Origin: Octopus sinensis
Lineage: Eukaryota
Direction of reading: 5' to 3'
Assembly (NCBI RefSeq): GCF_006345805.1
Contig: NC_042998.1
Coordinates: 113,398,001 to 113,462,000 of the forward strand
DNA length: 64,000 nucleotides
The position numbers and the translations under genes were made by a program. Below the pieces are notes generated by a model. It saw only the letters and a list, made by a program, of their open reading frames with translations, had not been told where the DNA came from and did no database searches. This document shows positions 11,811-24,892 of this stretch, in pieces (position 1 is the stretch's first letter; every line of letters starts with the position of its first letter).

Positions 11811-12637
11811 ATTCCACATTTTCAAGCTATAGCTTTGAATTAAAAATATTTTCTAAATAATTTTTTATTCAAGTGTCAATTAGAAGAGGTTCCTATCATT
11901 GGCTAGACAGATTATGGCAAGCAGAAGAGGTGCTATACAATAGCTGCAGTAAGGTTTGAACTTTTGAGTATGCAATCACAAGTTGAGTAACTTAAGCACT
12001 GTATGACAAAGTAGGGTTTTACATTTTATAAGCTTCATAAGTATAGTATGGTTGAATGGTTCAGGAAGTCTCAGTTTTAATACCACAGCATAGCATCTTG
12101 GGCAGGTGTCCTGTACTACAGCCTCAGGTCAACCCATATCTTGTGAGTAAAATTGAGCAGACAAAAATTGGATAGAAACCTGTCAGACAAATGGTACAGG
12201 TCTCGTCACATTGATTCTACCTGAGAATTACATTTGAGGTACACATGCCTGTGAAATACTTGATCATTTATATGCTAATTCAGTGAGTTTGGTAGTTTAG
12301 TTCATTAAACAACTGAACATACCAACATCATCATCATCTCATTTAACATCCATTTTCCATGCTGGCATAGGTTGGATGGTTTGATTGGCATGGTTTCTAT
12401 GGGTGGATGCCCTTTCTAACGCCAACCACTCCACAGAGTTCAAAATCCTGAGATCCATTTTTAATTTAAAGGATATATAATCAAATATCGTTTGAACAAG
12501 CATCCAAACCACTCTTAAATCACATCCTACTGTGCCCAGATCTAAAACATCCAATTATAGGGATGCTGGATTGTAGTTGACTTGGGCTGGAGGAATGACA
12601 ATATAAGTGATGAAATGAGAATTTGTAGAGTACTTAC

Positions 12638-12785
12638 ATTCAGAGATGAAAAAATTTAACATTGTGATGCAAACTGTATGGCCACTGAACATATAGTCAC
12701 CACATGTACGTACACCTTGGAGTGTCATACCAAATCCAGTAGCAATTTCTAAAGTACGTGTCAACTTTGCCCAGATATCATTGTC
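12638..12785 (-). CDS. SAMD8: SAMD8/SMSr coding exon 3 (CGDYMFSGH catalytic motif)
   Basis: Acceptor cttggtacAG, donor GTAAGTA; 148 nt encoding [49 protein letters not shown] + 1 nt. Confidence 0.95.
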
Positions 12786-13329
12786 CTGTACCAAGTAAAG
12801 AAATTTCTACATATTTACCATGTATAATCAAAATAGTTAAGTTAGTCTTAACTGTATTAAATATATACAGTTAGCAATAAGAAGCTACTTATAAATATTA
12901 AACAATATCAGTTAAGGACTAATATTATTTTAATTATTCCAGTGAGTACAGACAATAAACCCAGATATATTTCAATCCCATTAGACAACCTCAGTGAAGT
13001 ATAGATTTCCCTGTACATGTCAAAATAGTGATGAAAGGAAAACAAGCACTTATACAATATTGTACACTAGTTGGCATACAAAAGTATTAGTAATATTTTT
13101 TAGAGAATAAATAACTCAGAGATTCTGTTTGCATGAAAAGTAATGATTAAGTTAGTTCTAATATATTTAATGAAATTAAAAAGCAAATTGGACATAATTA
13201 TGAAGAGAGGGAAAAATAATATTAGTCAATGAGCAATACAGGCTGCAACAGGTATTTATAAACACAAGCCATAAATGTACCAAATTTTAATTTGTTTTCT
13301 GTTTTTTTTCCAGATGTACTGACAGCTTC

Positions 13330-13760
13330 AACATGATAGATTTCAATCTGACATATTGTGCTCATATTCTAGCTACCAACCACAGAGAATAAGATATTAG
13401 CTTGTAGCTGAGTCCTTTGAATTTGAGATTGGGAAAGAACCAGGGGTCTCTGGCAATGATGTATTAACTGTGTCAAGAGAAAGATACACTCTCAGTTGTC
13501 AGGATGGCTGATCTCATCCAACAAGTCCAAGACATCATCAAGGACAATTCCAGCAGGTTAATGAAAGCCATTACCAAGGTGGCAATGCCCAATATCAGAT
13601 TTTTGGTACATAAAGACATCAGGTATTTGTCCTACATGATAAGGAAACAACAGTCTCACATTCATTAAGAATCAGGAGAACTGCCTGATCATGTGACTCC
13701 AACATCACATGGTCAGCTAACTCATTGGATTTGAATCCCTGATTGCTACTGCTGCATCAG
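13330..13760 (+). mobile_element. degenerate Tc1/mariner (maT-like) transposase relic
   Basis: TGGTCAGCTAACTCATTGGATTTGAATCCC at about 13710-13740 reads WSANSLDLNP, a decayed WPPNSPDLNPLD motif; extent uncertain. Confidence 0.4.
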
Positions 13761-15666
13761 AAGTGTTGTTGGGGGTTAGACGATGACTACTGCTGTGGGT
13801 GTGGTGGATGAGAACCACCTAATCTTGTTTTGCATCAGAACTGAAGATGGCTTCATTGAACAGCTCCTTTGACAAATCTAAATGAATGTCCCTATTTTGT
13901 GGGAGTATGTTACTTTTACTGACTGGTGTTATATTTTCCTTCAATTTTTATTGTTCATGGTTGCCTGGTGCATCTCTATGTCTATATATATGGGGTCAGA
14001 ATTTGACAGTATTTTGTGGAACTAATTCAGGTATCTATAATTCTGCAGAACATGCAAGCTCTTTGGAAATACAGACCATAAAACCAAAATTTATATTTTC
14101 TGTATTGCTGCATGATACAAAACCATGGACAAATCTGGAGTGATTTAGATATTTTGGAAGTCTTTCAAATGAGATGAATCCCAGAAGGATTACAGATTAA
14201 ATTAACCATCTCAAGAGTGATTACATTTGACAAACTAGCCTTTTCAGTTGATCATTTCTGATTTTATATGGAAACAAAAGTTATACAGTTGCAAAAGCCA
14301 TGAGAATAAACCCCAACCAAAATCCTAGAGATGAAGTGAGATTACAGAAACTATTTTTCTAGGTTTATAACCTTTCTAGTTCTGGTGGTGTAATAAAATG
14401 TAAAGCGGTTAGTGTTAGGAAGGTCATCAAGAGTAAAAATCATGCCATTAAAGGAAAGAATGAATTTGGAAGACAAGCAGGCATGAATTCCAGAAGACCC
14501 AATGCAAGTAACCCATCTAAAAGAAAAGTAATTCTAAATAAAAATACTGATTCATACCAGAGAGGAATCTTTAGCTGTACAGCAGACATACTCTTCAGTT
14601 TCACTAGTATAATAAACTGCATAAAGTCTGCATTGTAAAATGGTTGTTGGTAATTGAAAGTACATCACTTGCACAAGCATGGAAAAGTGGACATTAAAAG
14701 GACAATGATGATCTAACCATAACTATTCCAAAAAAAGTGACATGTACAACAAAGATAGTTGTGTGAAGCTGTTACTGTGTGCCAGATGACAAAAGCTATG
14801 TGACAAGTAGCAAGATGCTGAGAGACACAATCTGTTCATGCCAACATGAAATGTTTGTGAAATAATAAAGATTTTTCAGTATTAAATGTAAATCCCAATC
14901 ATCATTAGCTGTTTTACTGCTGATTATGTACAGAGTATATGAGAATATTCCAGCTAGAAACCATTATTTTTTAAAGTATGGGTAAATAATGTTCTTTCCA
15001 AAAGGCCTGATCTAAAGATGAGGTTAGTTTGAAAAATCAGACTTATTGAAAATACCTCATTTTGGATATTTACACATTTAATTAAAAGAGATAAATAGGA
15101 ATCTGAAAGTGATATTTTTGCCTAAAAGAGTAACCTTTTCTCTCCCCACTATTCTTCCTAGTATGTTAGAATGGGAAATGAAGACAGCTAAATCTAAAGG
15201 TAAAGATAGGGCTGTGGAGTAAAGAAGCTTGCTTCATAATTACATGGTTCTCAGTTTGATTCCACTATATGACACTTTGGGCAAATGTCTTGTGTCCACT
15301 CAAATCTTGTGAGTGAAACTGGATAAATAGAAATTATGCAGAAGCCTATTGAATGAACTGTACCAGTTCTTTGGTGCTAGACTTAATCCATTGCTCAGTT
15401 TAACACCAGCACTAGCTCTTGGATGCCTTTACTGGATTTGTTCATTCTGAGGATAACTAGACATCTTCAAGTGTTGCTGCTTTCTACTGCAGCAATCAAT
15501 GAATCATGATTTCTCCTTCCCATTCCCTCCAACTGGCTTCTGAGGTCTTGCAAAATATGGTCCCTGTCATGAAAAAAAAAAGGAAAGCAAAACAAGAATT
15601 AAAAAAAATAACTGAGGAACTTGGACAGGTTAATTAAAGGATTCTAAGTGAGGACTCAAAATATAC

Positions 15667-15784
15667 CTTAGCTTCACACTGCAGGTGTACTCCAGGCACA
15701 GATAGTGATGTAATAAGCATTGTAACACAGCGTAACAAGAATACAGTACCCATCAGGGAAAACATTCTTCGCATTAAAATAAAC
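15667..15784 (-). CDS. SAMD8: SAMD8/SMSr coding exon 2 (too short for the ORF track)
   Basis: Acceptor tctttttcAG, donor AAG|GTATAT; 118 nt completing Arg then [39 protein letters not shown], matching the SMS LRC..TSLSVPG motif. Confidence 0.95.
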
Positions 15785-16477
15785 CTGAAAAAGAAATAAA
15801 AAACCTAATAAAAATCAAGTGAACTGAGCGGTCAATGATTAAGCAAAACTAACTTCCATAAATATTTTCTCCATATGGTCAGTACTCTTACATTGTTGTT
15901 TAATCCCTTGACAGCACCAATCAACAAGATCTATCATCAAAAGCATTCCGGCTGGCATTATCTCATCTCTTTGTATATATAAGACTACATTGTGCTATGT
16001 AACCTTCTTTATTTAAGTGTATGATTTGAGGGATTTAGTTGCTATTTCTAGTGTGATCACTATGGGTTCCCTCACTGGCTTGTATGGTACCAGTGTGTGT
16101 GTGTATGTGTGTGCACGTGCGCAGTGTAGTAAATTGATAAGTCTGCTTTGCAGTCAAAGTTCTAAGTTGTAACCTATGTAGGTGATAGTGGAAAAGGGTC
16201 TTCTCATTTAACATTGGGCTGACCCTAGCCACTTAACTGAAACTGAATAAACAATAATTGTGTGGAAGCCTACCAGCCGGACTGTATTTACAAGTTAAAG
16301 TCCTAGCCTTGTCATAAATTCTGCATGAGGACCGTGTTAAAGGTACAAGTATCAGTAAAATTCTGAAATTTGCAGTCATACATAAGGGAGTAAAATTTTT
16401 GCTTGTTATGTGCCACAAAATAACTGAGATAAAAGGTTTGAGGGGTGTGTTAAAAACTGATGAGAGTGTGTGTGTAT

Positions 16478-17400
16478 GTATCATCATCTCATTCAATGTT
16501 CATATTCCATGCCAGCATGGGTTGGACGTTTGACAGGATTTGAAGAGTCAGAAGGCTGTAGTAGCTCCAATGTCTGTTTTTGGCAAGGTTTCTATGGATG
16601 GTTGCCCTCCATAATGTCACCCACTTTACAAAGTATACTGGTGTATTGAGTGCTTCCGTTGTGGCACCAGCACAAAAGAGGTTACCAAGTAACAGGCAAG
16701 ACAAGATTCCTGTAACAGAGTAGGGGAGTCAGTACCAAGGGAGGTGGATTTGTGCCAGGTGTTGACAGGCTAGAAAGTACGACAGAGGAGATACATAGTT
16801 ACATCAAGAAAAGAGGAAAGACTGGCGAAAAGATGTCAGGGCATAGCTTCATGGTACAAGAAGGAGAATAAAAAGAGAATAGGGAGTAAGATTTGAGGGT
16901 GATGAGAGTGTGAAAGAAAAGTAGCAGACAGTATAGATGAGGACAGAAATGAATGCTGTGTATGGTGAACATGAATTGAGGTGCAGACGATAGTGAATCT
17001 CAGTTTTGGGGATTGTGAGGAAAATAGGAATGGACTGACGAGAGTGTGAAAGAAAAGTGGCAGACTGATAGTATAATAAAACTAGGTAAATGAGAAATAA
17101 GGAGATGATGTAAAATGTGGGTGAAAGAGAAGTTGAAGAGACAAAGGTCAGAGGCATGCAGGAGTTGATATTGAAGAATAACAGAGATAGGGCATTGATG
17201 GCAGATATGAGATGGTGCTCAGTGGAAATAAAGGGGTAAGGGATGATGTTAGGAGTAAGGGATGACTGGTAAGGGAAATGATTCCAAAGAGGACAACTGG
17301 CGGAATGAAAAAGTGGAATGGTGTATGTGCACTTCAGGTCTCATATAATTACAGCAACTAAGGATACAGTGCCATAGCTAGAAGATTAATGAAGGATGAG
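16478..17400 (-). mobile_element. degenerate retroelement: pyrimidine-rich body plus RTE-type (GAT)n tail
   Basis: The tail is clear at 16478-16690. The body is CT-rich on minus with weak resemblance to Penelope-like KPT..HxYLH..S..P (IPKTEIHYRLHLNSCSP). Confidence 0.5.
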
Positions 17401-19699
17401 TGTTATGAAGATGATTTGCAGGAAAGGTACAGATTGGGTGCAGGGGTATAGATGTGCACACATGAAAAAGTTAATGTTAAAACAAGAATTATATATATAT
17501 ATGTGTGTGTAAAGTAGCAGCACATCAAACTATAGTTACATATGAGGGGAGAGAGAAGGTGAATGAAAGAAAGAGAGGGAGAGAAAATGATATTAAATAT
17601 ATTAGCTTCAAATTTTGGCACAAGGCCAGTAATTTTAGGGGCCAGGCTAAGTCAATTACATTGAACCCAATCCTTGACCGGTACTTATTTTATTGAGGAC
17701 GAAATGCCACTAATGATTCTGTCAGCTCACTACTCAAGTAATATTAAATATATTGAATTGAAAAGTAATTAAAATATAGAGTTATCTCCCTTTAAATAAT
17801 TATACTGGTATATCTAAATATATCTATTTCATCTTTCTGGGATCAATAAAGTAAAAGTACATTTCCAGAAGTGTGGGTTGGAACTGTTGGGGCATTGCAC
17901 AAAATGTTTAACATTTTTTCAGCTTTTAGCATTGAGTGCCTAGGGAGGTGTTGTGATCTTGTCTGTATTAAACCAACAGGACAGTATTTTGTAAAAAAAC
18001 AAAAAACAAAACAAAATGCTTGAAAGACATGTAACTTTTGTATTCTTACATGAAAGTTTCATGACAAGAATACAGTTTTTATTAAGTAATTCATCAGGTG
18101 ATGTTCATAAACTGATAGTTCAAAAAGGAATATTGAGCATATATGTAACCAAAATAGTTAATCATTTATTACCATCAAAGCAAGGCAGTTGAATTATAGA
18201 AAAGATAGAATGCCAGCCAAAATGCTACTATAATATTTGTTTTAGTTCCTTGTTATAATTTCATTCACATCTCAGACAGTTTATAGGAATACCAAATTGG
18301 TACTAGTATTTGTTTAGTATATTGACTTCTGGAAAGATGAGTGAAAGTTGATCTCAAAAAGTAAAGGGTCATTTCTAAATGCTGTAGGCATTTAATTTGA
18401 CACTCTTTTGTCTCTCTGAGTCTGAGCATGAATCCTGATGTCAACTTTGCCTTTGTTACTTTCAGGGAGTTGACAAAACAAGTAATAGATATTTAGTGAA
18501 GTTGATTTCAATTAACTACACCCTCACTCCTACTATAAATCAGTAGCCGAGTACCAATATCAAAAACAGAATTTTGTCTTTTACTTTCTCATGTTAAAAA
18601 TAGACTGGTTGTATTTGACAGTGAACTTATTTAATAAAAAAAAAAAAGAAGCTAAATGGAAATAATTATTCAATGAGAAAGAAAATTGCTAGTCCTTTAC
18701 TTATACTATTTTGGTTCATTCAACAAGTACAGGAGAAAACTTCAGACATATTTTGATTTTGCTATACCTTTTTGGGGAATCTCTAAATATTCATATGTAA
18801 AAAAAAAAACAATTTAAGCTTGAAGACTAAAACAGTAATATGTTGGAACTTTGTAAAATTAAAGATTAATTAATTATTTTTTTTTTGAAGATTAATTAAT
18901 TTTGTCAACACTGATGGTGCCTCAAGAGTGTTTTATGTTCACTTGTTCACTGAAAAAAGTAGGTAAACTAGCTGATATCATATTTGCTATTTTCATCATC
19001 ATCATCATTTTGTGTTTTAAATCCAGGTTTTGTCTCCATTAACAGGGGTGGCCAGATCTACCTCAATGCCATAGCAACCGAGGTAGGCAGGTGCCCATTC
19101 TCCTTTGCTATCACGAGGTTTTTTTGGAGCTGGATTTTCTATGGGGAGCATGACCTTGCTTAACCCTAACATCAGTTTCTAGACATGAGTGGTCCTGAAA
19201 CCAAGGCCTCTACCATGATTTTTAAAGATGTGGTGGAAAACTAGCTCAGGAAGGCAGGGATGTTACTCCTTGAGACCCTTTTCAGAGCCTCCCCCCTCCA
19301 ATGATCTTCCTAAAAATGGTCTTCCATTGTTATGTGGTTACATGACCTGCTGAAAAGAATAACTAAATCTTTTTTGAATCATCTGACTGTCTTAGAAAAG
19401 CAAGACCCATTGGTTTGGATATATTGCACTTCTTTTACCATATCATCAGGTTGACCAAAGCCTTGCTAATGAAATTTAGTAGACTTTCCTATCTTACACA
19501 TGTCTTGGAGATACTGAAAAAGGTCATGGACACTGCCCTTTCTCCTTTGACTAAAATATAAATATTACCATCATCATCATCATCATTGTTGCTATAATGT
19601 ACTTTTCAATACTTGAATAAGTCAGATAAAACTTTGTGAAGGCAGATTTTGTCTGTTTCAAAGTGAGGTAATATTTCCTCTAGTCTATCAAATAATAAT

Positions 19700-19862
19700 T
19701 AGGTTGGACATACATTAGGAAGGATATCCAACTGTAGAAACCATGCCACCACAACCAACAGTTGGAGTCTGGACAGCTCCCTGCTAGCCACCTTCATGTC
19801 TAACAGTCCCATCCATGCTAGCATGGAAAGCGATATTAAACAAAGATGAAGATGATGCATTT
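19700..19862 (+). mobile_element. RTE-family 3' tail fragment
   Basis: GTTGGACATACATTAGGAAGGATATCCAACTGTAGAAACC...CCATGCTAGCATGGAAAGCGATATTAAAC..GATGAAGATGATG. Confidence 0.7.
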
Positions 19863-20237
19863 GCAGAAGATTGTAACCATATGACATTGTTTGGATGGAT
19901 GGTGACTTTTCACAATCAGCATGCATATGTCAAAGAAGGGGGAACATACACATATATGATGTAGAGCTTCTTACAGTTTCCACCAATCAAATTTAATTCA
20001 CAAGGAATTGGTCAAGCCATGGCTATTGTAGAAGACACTAGCTGACAGAGTCCACAAAAGTAGAAAGGAAACTTAAATCACATGGTCCTCAAGCAGACTT
20101 TTTAACTACACAACTATATCTGTACTACATGCATAAATACATACATAAATTTAAGCTGAAATGGCAAAATGGACATAGATTTCAGATAATAAAGGCTTTT
20201 ACTGACAGTGTTCAAAGAAAGCTGAGGTAGCACTTAC

Positions 20238-20857
20238 CTGTGTTTGTGGAAGAAAAGAACAGCACACCACATACTGACAAGGATTATTCCAATCATTTCA
20301 CAGACTTCAAAAGCCCATGGAACATAAGGCATATTATCCAGAAATATATCAGGAAGAGGAGGATATTTACGCATATCAGGAACTCGTTCATGGACAATGA
20401 CCATCACAAATGATGTAATTAGAAAGACGGTGAATATATAGAAAAAACTTAAAACTGTTTTCCAAATTTCTGGATCAAGATGTTGTGATTGAGCTCCTGA
20501 CACTTCATCACAATCTTCAAACAATGATGTATCAGACTGGCTTTCTACAGGACTAGGCAGATTCCGTCGGCGTACAGTCATTCTGCTGCTCTCCACCTTA
20601 CGGACATAGGAATGGTTGCAATTTGATAAAGAGTTGCCTGCAGTTACTTGTAAGTGTTGTACATGCAGCATAAGGCGTTTGATATCACCAAGGACTGGAA
20701 TTGCTATTGGTTCCTGCTTCAGGTCATTTTCACTGAGTGTTAACAGCACCTGCCCATCAATGCGATGAGTCTCGGTCAGTAGATACACATAATCACCAAA
20801 GCCATTTTGTGTAAGCCAGTCTGCTACTTGGACACAATTCCATTTAGCAACATCCAT
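20238..20857 (-). CDS. SAMD8: SAMD8/SMSr first coding exon (SAM domain, first TM helices)
   Basis: SAM domain ([33 protein letters not shown]), then [30 protein letters not shown] and HKHR. Donor CACAG|GTAAGT (phase 2). Acceptor tttttAG places the exon start at 20874. The four exons sum to 1203 nt, or 400 aa plus stop. Confidence 0.95.
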
Positions 20858-20904
20858 CTCTCTTAAATATTCATCTAAAAACAGAAAAAGATAATATTAA
20901 TGAT

Positions 20905-21600
20905 AATAATAATAATAATAATTTCAAATTTTGGCATAAGGCCAGCAATTTCAGGGGAGGGGATAAATTGATTACATTGACCCCAGTACTCAATTGGTAC
21001 TTACTTTATCAACCCCAAAAGGATGAAAGGCAAAGTCGACCTCAGAACATAAAAACAGATGAAATACTGATAAGCATTTTGTTTGGTGTGTTCACCACCT
21101 TAATAATAATAAGCCTTTCTACTAAAGGTACAAGGTTTGAAATTTGGGGGGAGGGGCTAGTAAATTGTATTGACCCCAGTATGCAACTGGTACTTATTTC
21201 ACCGACCATGAAAGGATGAAAGGCAAAGTTGGCCATGACAGAATTTGAGCTCAGAACTGACAAAATGCTGCAGTTTTGCCTGGCATGCTAACATTTCTGC
21301 CAGCTTGCTGCCTTAATAACAATAATGGTTCCAAATTTTGACACAAAGCCTCCAGTTTCTGAGGGGAAGGGGATAATTGATTACACCAACCCTAGCACTT
21401 GACGAGTACTTATTTTATCAATCCTAGAAGAGTGAAAGGTAAAGTCGATCATGATAGAATTTGAACTCAGAACATAAAGATGGATAAAATGCTGCTGAGC
21501 ATTTTGCCCAGCGTGCTAATGATTCTGCTAGCTTGCCACATTCATAACAACAACAAGGTTTTCAAATTTTGGTACAAGGCCAGAAATTTCGGAGGAGGGG
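20905..21600 (-). mobile_element. head-to-tail array of about 3.3 family-A SINE copies
   Basis: Repeated GGATGAAAGGCAAAGTCGAC/TGACCCCAGT core at about 20970-21050, 21170-21260 and 21390-21470, plus a partial copy at 21555-21600; separated by (AAT/AAC)n. Confidence 0.85.
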
Positions 21601-22210
21601 TTTGATAGCAAATACAACAAAACAGAAGGACTAAACTGATACCAGAAACATCAAAAACCTACACAAAGTAAATCTAATGTAGCATACAAACAAGTCTCAT
21701 CTCCAAAAGACAGTACTGTACACACACCTCAGGTATGAGAACCTAGAAGTGTGAATGTACACCAAGTAATATGATAGAAACTCACATGAAATTGTTGAAA
21801 ACATGATAATAAAGGGAAACAATCCAGGCTCATGCAGTAAGTAAATTGTAAACAAAAGACGTCAAATGTAAAAATATTTTCACAGAAAATACTTACTTAC
21901 AAATTTTTACATATATATATATTTACTTACAAATATATATATCTTAATATATAAAATGCTAAGTCATGTGTAGAGTTTTGGTTGACTTCCCTCTTTCTGT
22001 CAAGCTGGAAGGAAAAAGCAGTAGCTGTGATAGGCGAAAGAGAGAGAAAGTGTTATAAAGATAGGTAGATTAGATAGATAAATAGACCAGTGGCAGACTG
22101 ATGGAGATGGTCAGGAGTTTGTGAGACAAGCAGTCATTATACTTTGGAAGAGGTGGTTAAAAAAGAGTTAAAGTAAAACAGATAGTGTAAGAGCGGAGAT
22201 GGAAACATAT

Positions 22211-22259
22211 AAAAGCCTTGTGAGTGGATTTGGTAGACAGAAACTGAAAGAAGCCCATC

Positions 22260-22338
<79 letters not shown>

Positions 22339-22530
22339 GTGTCTGTGTTTGTCCTCCCACCATTGCCTGACAACCGATGTTGGTGTGTTTACATCCCTGT
22401 AACTTAGCGATTTGGCAAAAGAGAACAACAAAACAAGTACTAGGCTTACAAAGAATAAGTGCTGGAGTCGATTTGTTTGACTAAAGGCAGTGCTTCAGTA
22501 TGGCTGCAGTCAAGTGACTGAAACAAAAGA
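22211..22530 (+). mobile_element. SINE family B (5'-truncated) with internal (TA)n microsatellite
   Basis: GCCTTGTGAGTGGATTTGGTAGACAGAAACTGAAAGAAGCCC, (TA)n at 22261-22335, then GTAACTTAGCG..TAAGT..GTCGATTTG..GACTGAAACA. Confidence 0.85.
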
Positions 22531-22986
22531 ACAAAAAAAAAACACATACACGACGAGTGTATAGGGTTAGATTATTAAGGGGGGCATTGTAAGAGCTCTC
22601 AGGTATAGTCAAGGTTCTGGCTAACTGCATCAAGTAGAAAGAAGCACCAAGTATCGCTTAGGCTGTGCAATCCCACTGTAATTCTTCTGAAGGGTAAATC
22701 TGGGTTCCGCTTCACTGGATTATGAATATTTTCATGAATGTAAATCCAAAGCAATTACAGAGAATATGGAGATTAGTACATTTTCAAATTTTTCATTCAA
22801 TTTTGACAGCATAATTAGTTAAATGACAACACGTGTTTCTGCTACATAGAGAATGTGCAGTTGTGCATGCAACCCACATTATTCTGTTATGCACCTTCAT
22901 TCAATGCTTTTCTACAGGTGTGGCCTGAAGCAAACTGAAATTATTTATGTGTGGGTAGCTTATTTCTTTATTTTACTATGATGTTA

Positions 22987-23835
22987 CAGGATGCATAAGG
23001 TATTTAAGAACATACCTTTTTTGGGTCATTGCTGCATTTTTCTAACTCTGTATAATCTTTGTTTCAGAAAATAATAATAGCAGAACCCCAGTTTACTCAA
23101 GAAATGAAGAGGCATGCTGTTATTGTGGTTATATTTAGAAATATCTCGATTTTTAAAAGTTGCCAGATCTTTCCTCTACAAAGTTTATCTACAAAGACAT
23201 TAGATACAAATCTTATATGATGAAGATAGGTCAATTTGTCAGAAAATGCAAAAGAAAATCACTACATCAGATCTAAAAGGCTCTTAAACAAACTGAAAAA
23301 TCCATCAGAAGAAGATTTGATTTGGATTTTCTCAAATGAAAAAAAACTCCAACCAAATTAACAGAAGAAATGACAGATGGTTATGTGCAGACAGTGTATG
23401 CAATGGAAGGCTATATGTGTTTCAGTAAGACTGCACTATCACACATGGCTCTAGTTACACAGCAATGGATAGCTGAAAATTTTCACGATCACACAACCCC
23501 TAACATTTGGCCTCCTAATTCCCCAGATCTCTATCTATTGGACTATTACATGTGGAGCGTTGTTGAAAGAGGTGTCAATGAACATGCCCATAACACCAAA
23601 GATTCTTTGAAAGCTGCCATAGTCAGAGTAATGTCCAAAATGAACCAGGACCACTTGATTTGAGCATGTAGATGATTTAGATCTCACACAGAATCAGTTG
23701 TTGAAGCTGAAGGTGGCTTTATTGAATAACATTATAGAAAAGAAGGTTTATTTTTATTCTCATAGCATTTTTTGATAAATAAAGTTATCATTTTTTATAA
23801 CCATAAATCTGACTGCAAATATCTTATGCACCCTG
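22987..23835 (+). mobile_element. maT/DD37D (Tc1/mariner superfamily) deleted DNA transposon
   Basis: TIRs CAGGATGCATAAGGTATTT / AAATATCTTATGCACCCTG with TA on both sides. The transposase remnant FQ*D...WPPNSPDLYLLDYYMW gives a 37-residue D-to-D spacing after correcting one frameshift. Confidence 0.85.
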
Positions 23836-24892
23836 TAGAAAGGAAAGTGAAGGGAAGATGTTGAAACCTGATATGGTTATAAAATTTAATTTGTATTTAA
23901 CCTCATGATAGCCAAAGTTCAGGAGGAAATAAGAGTTTTATTCATTAAACTAGATCAAATTATATCTAAGTGTTCTAATATAACATTCTCTCTGTATTAA
24001 GAGAGATTGAATAAATTAAATTTAAATTAATTTAAGTAATTCTGTAATATGTACTTAAGAAGGGTGCATTTGTTAACTGTTTTAGATTATATAGATATAT
24101 TTGTATATGTAGAGCAAGGAAGAGAAGAAATAATGAAGTATGTTAGTGAATCAGTGAAAATAAAGGAAGAGAGTGAGTGGAGGTTAAGTTAATAACTGAA
24201 AGAGAGGTTCAAAGGAAAAGCATTACGAAAAACCGAAAGGAGACATGCATTGGCTGCATAAATGGAACTCAAACTCTGCTCTCTTTTCTGCAAAACTCAA
24301 CCAGAACAAATAATCAATGGAGAGATTGTTTTCAACTCTTGTTTCAGCTAGTCTTCAGTTGAATGGAACATTGATCTGGCATGGCTTAATTCCACCAGAT
24401 TACTGACCGCATATTTTGATTGCCATTCATTTTTGTAATCTCAGCACCATTTCTCATTCACGCTTACAAAAGAACTTTGTATTTTTTAAATACACAAATT
24501 AACCACTGACTTTCCAAATGCACAATACTACCTCTACAACATATTAACTCAAACCTTTTTATGAATATTGTAAAATGAGCATTGTTATTTCATTCAGTGG
24601 GTGTTACTGTCCCAAACTTGTATTTTATGAAAATTTGAAAATAAAAAAAACCCTGCTGTTTAACCACTTTGAATTAGCACAGTAGTTAGGCCAACAGAGC
24701 TACCTTTTGGTGGTATGTAGGTTGTTGGAAAATGAACTTATATATAGAATTTATTGTTGTTTCCCCACTAATTATTTTCTAGAAATGTAAGGGAAAAACA
24801 CAAAAAATAAAAAAGGAACTACAACACTGTAATACTTAAAGCACACAAAGCTGTAATGATAATAGAAATTAAGAAAATAAATATTCATACTA

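Noticed and set aside
12786-12808. Alternative in-frame acceptor 21 nt upstream of SAMD8 exon 3
   Set aside because: Poor pyrimidine tract, and the added KFLYLVQ would overshoot the family loop length.
16849-17157. Hydrophobic 102-aa minus ORF as a possible membrane-protein exon in a SAMD8 intron
   Set aside because: Low-complexity CT-rich repeat sequence; SAMD8 is already complete without it.
22137-22431. ORFs with (YI)n runs here and at 34792-35551, 49310-49582 and 59725-60114
   Set aside because: Translations of (AT)n microsatellites.
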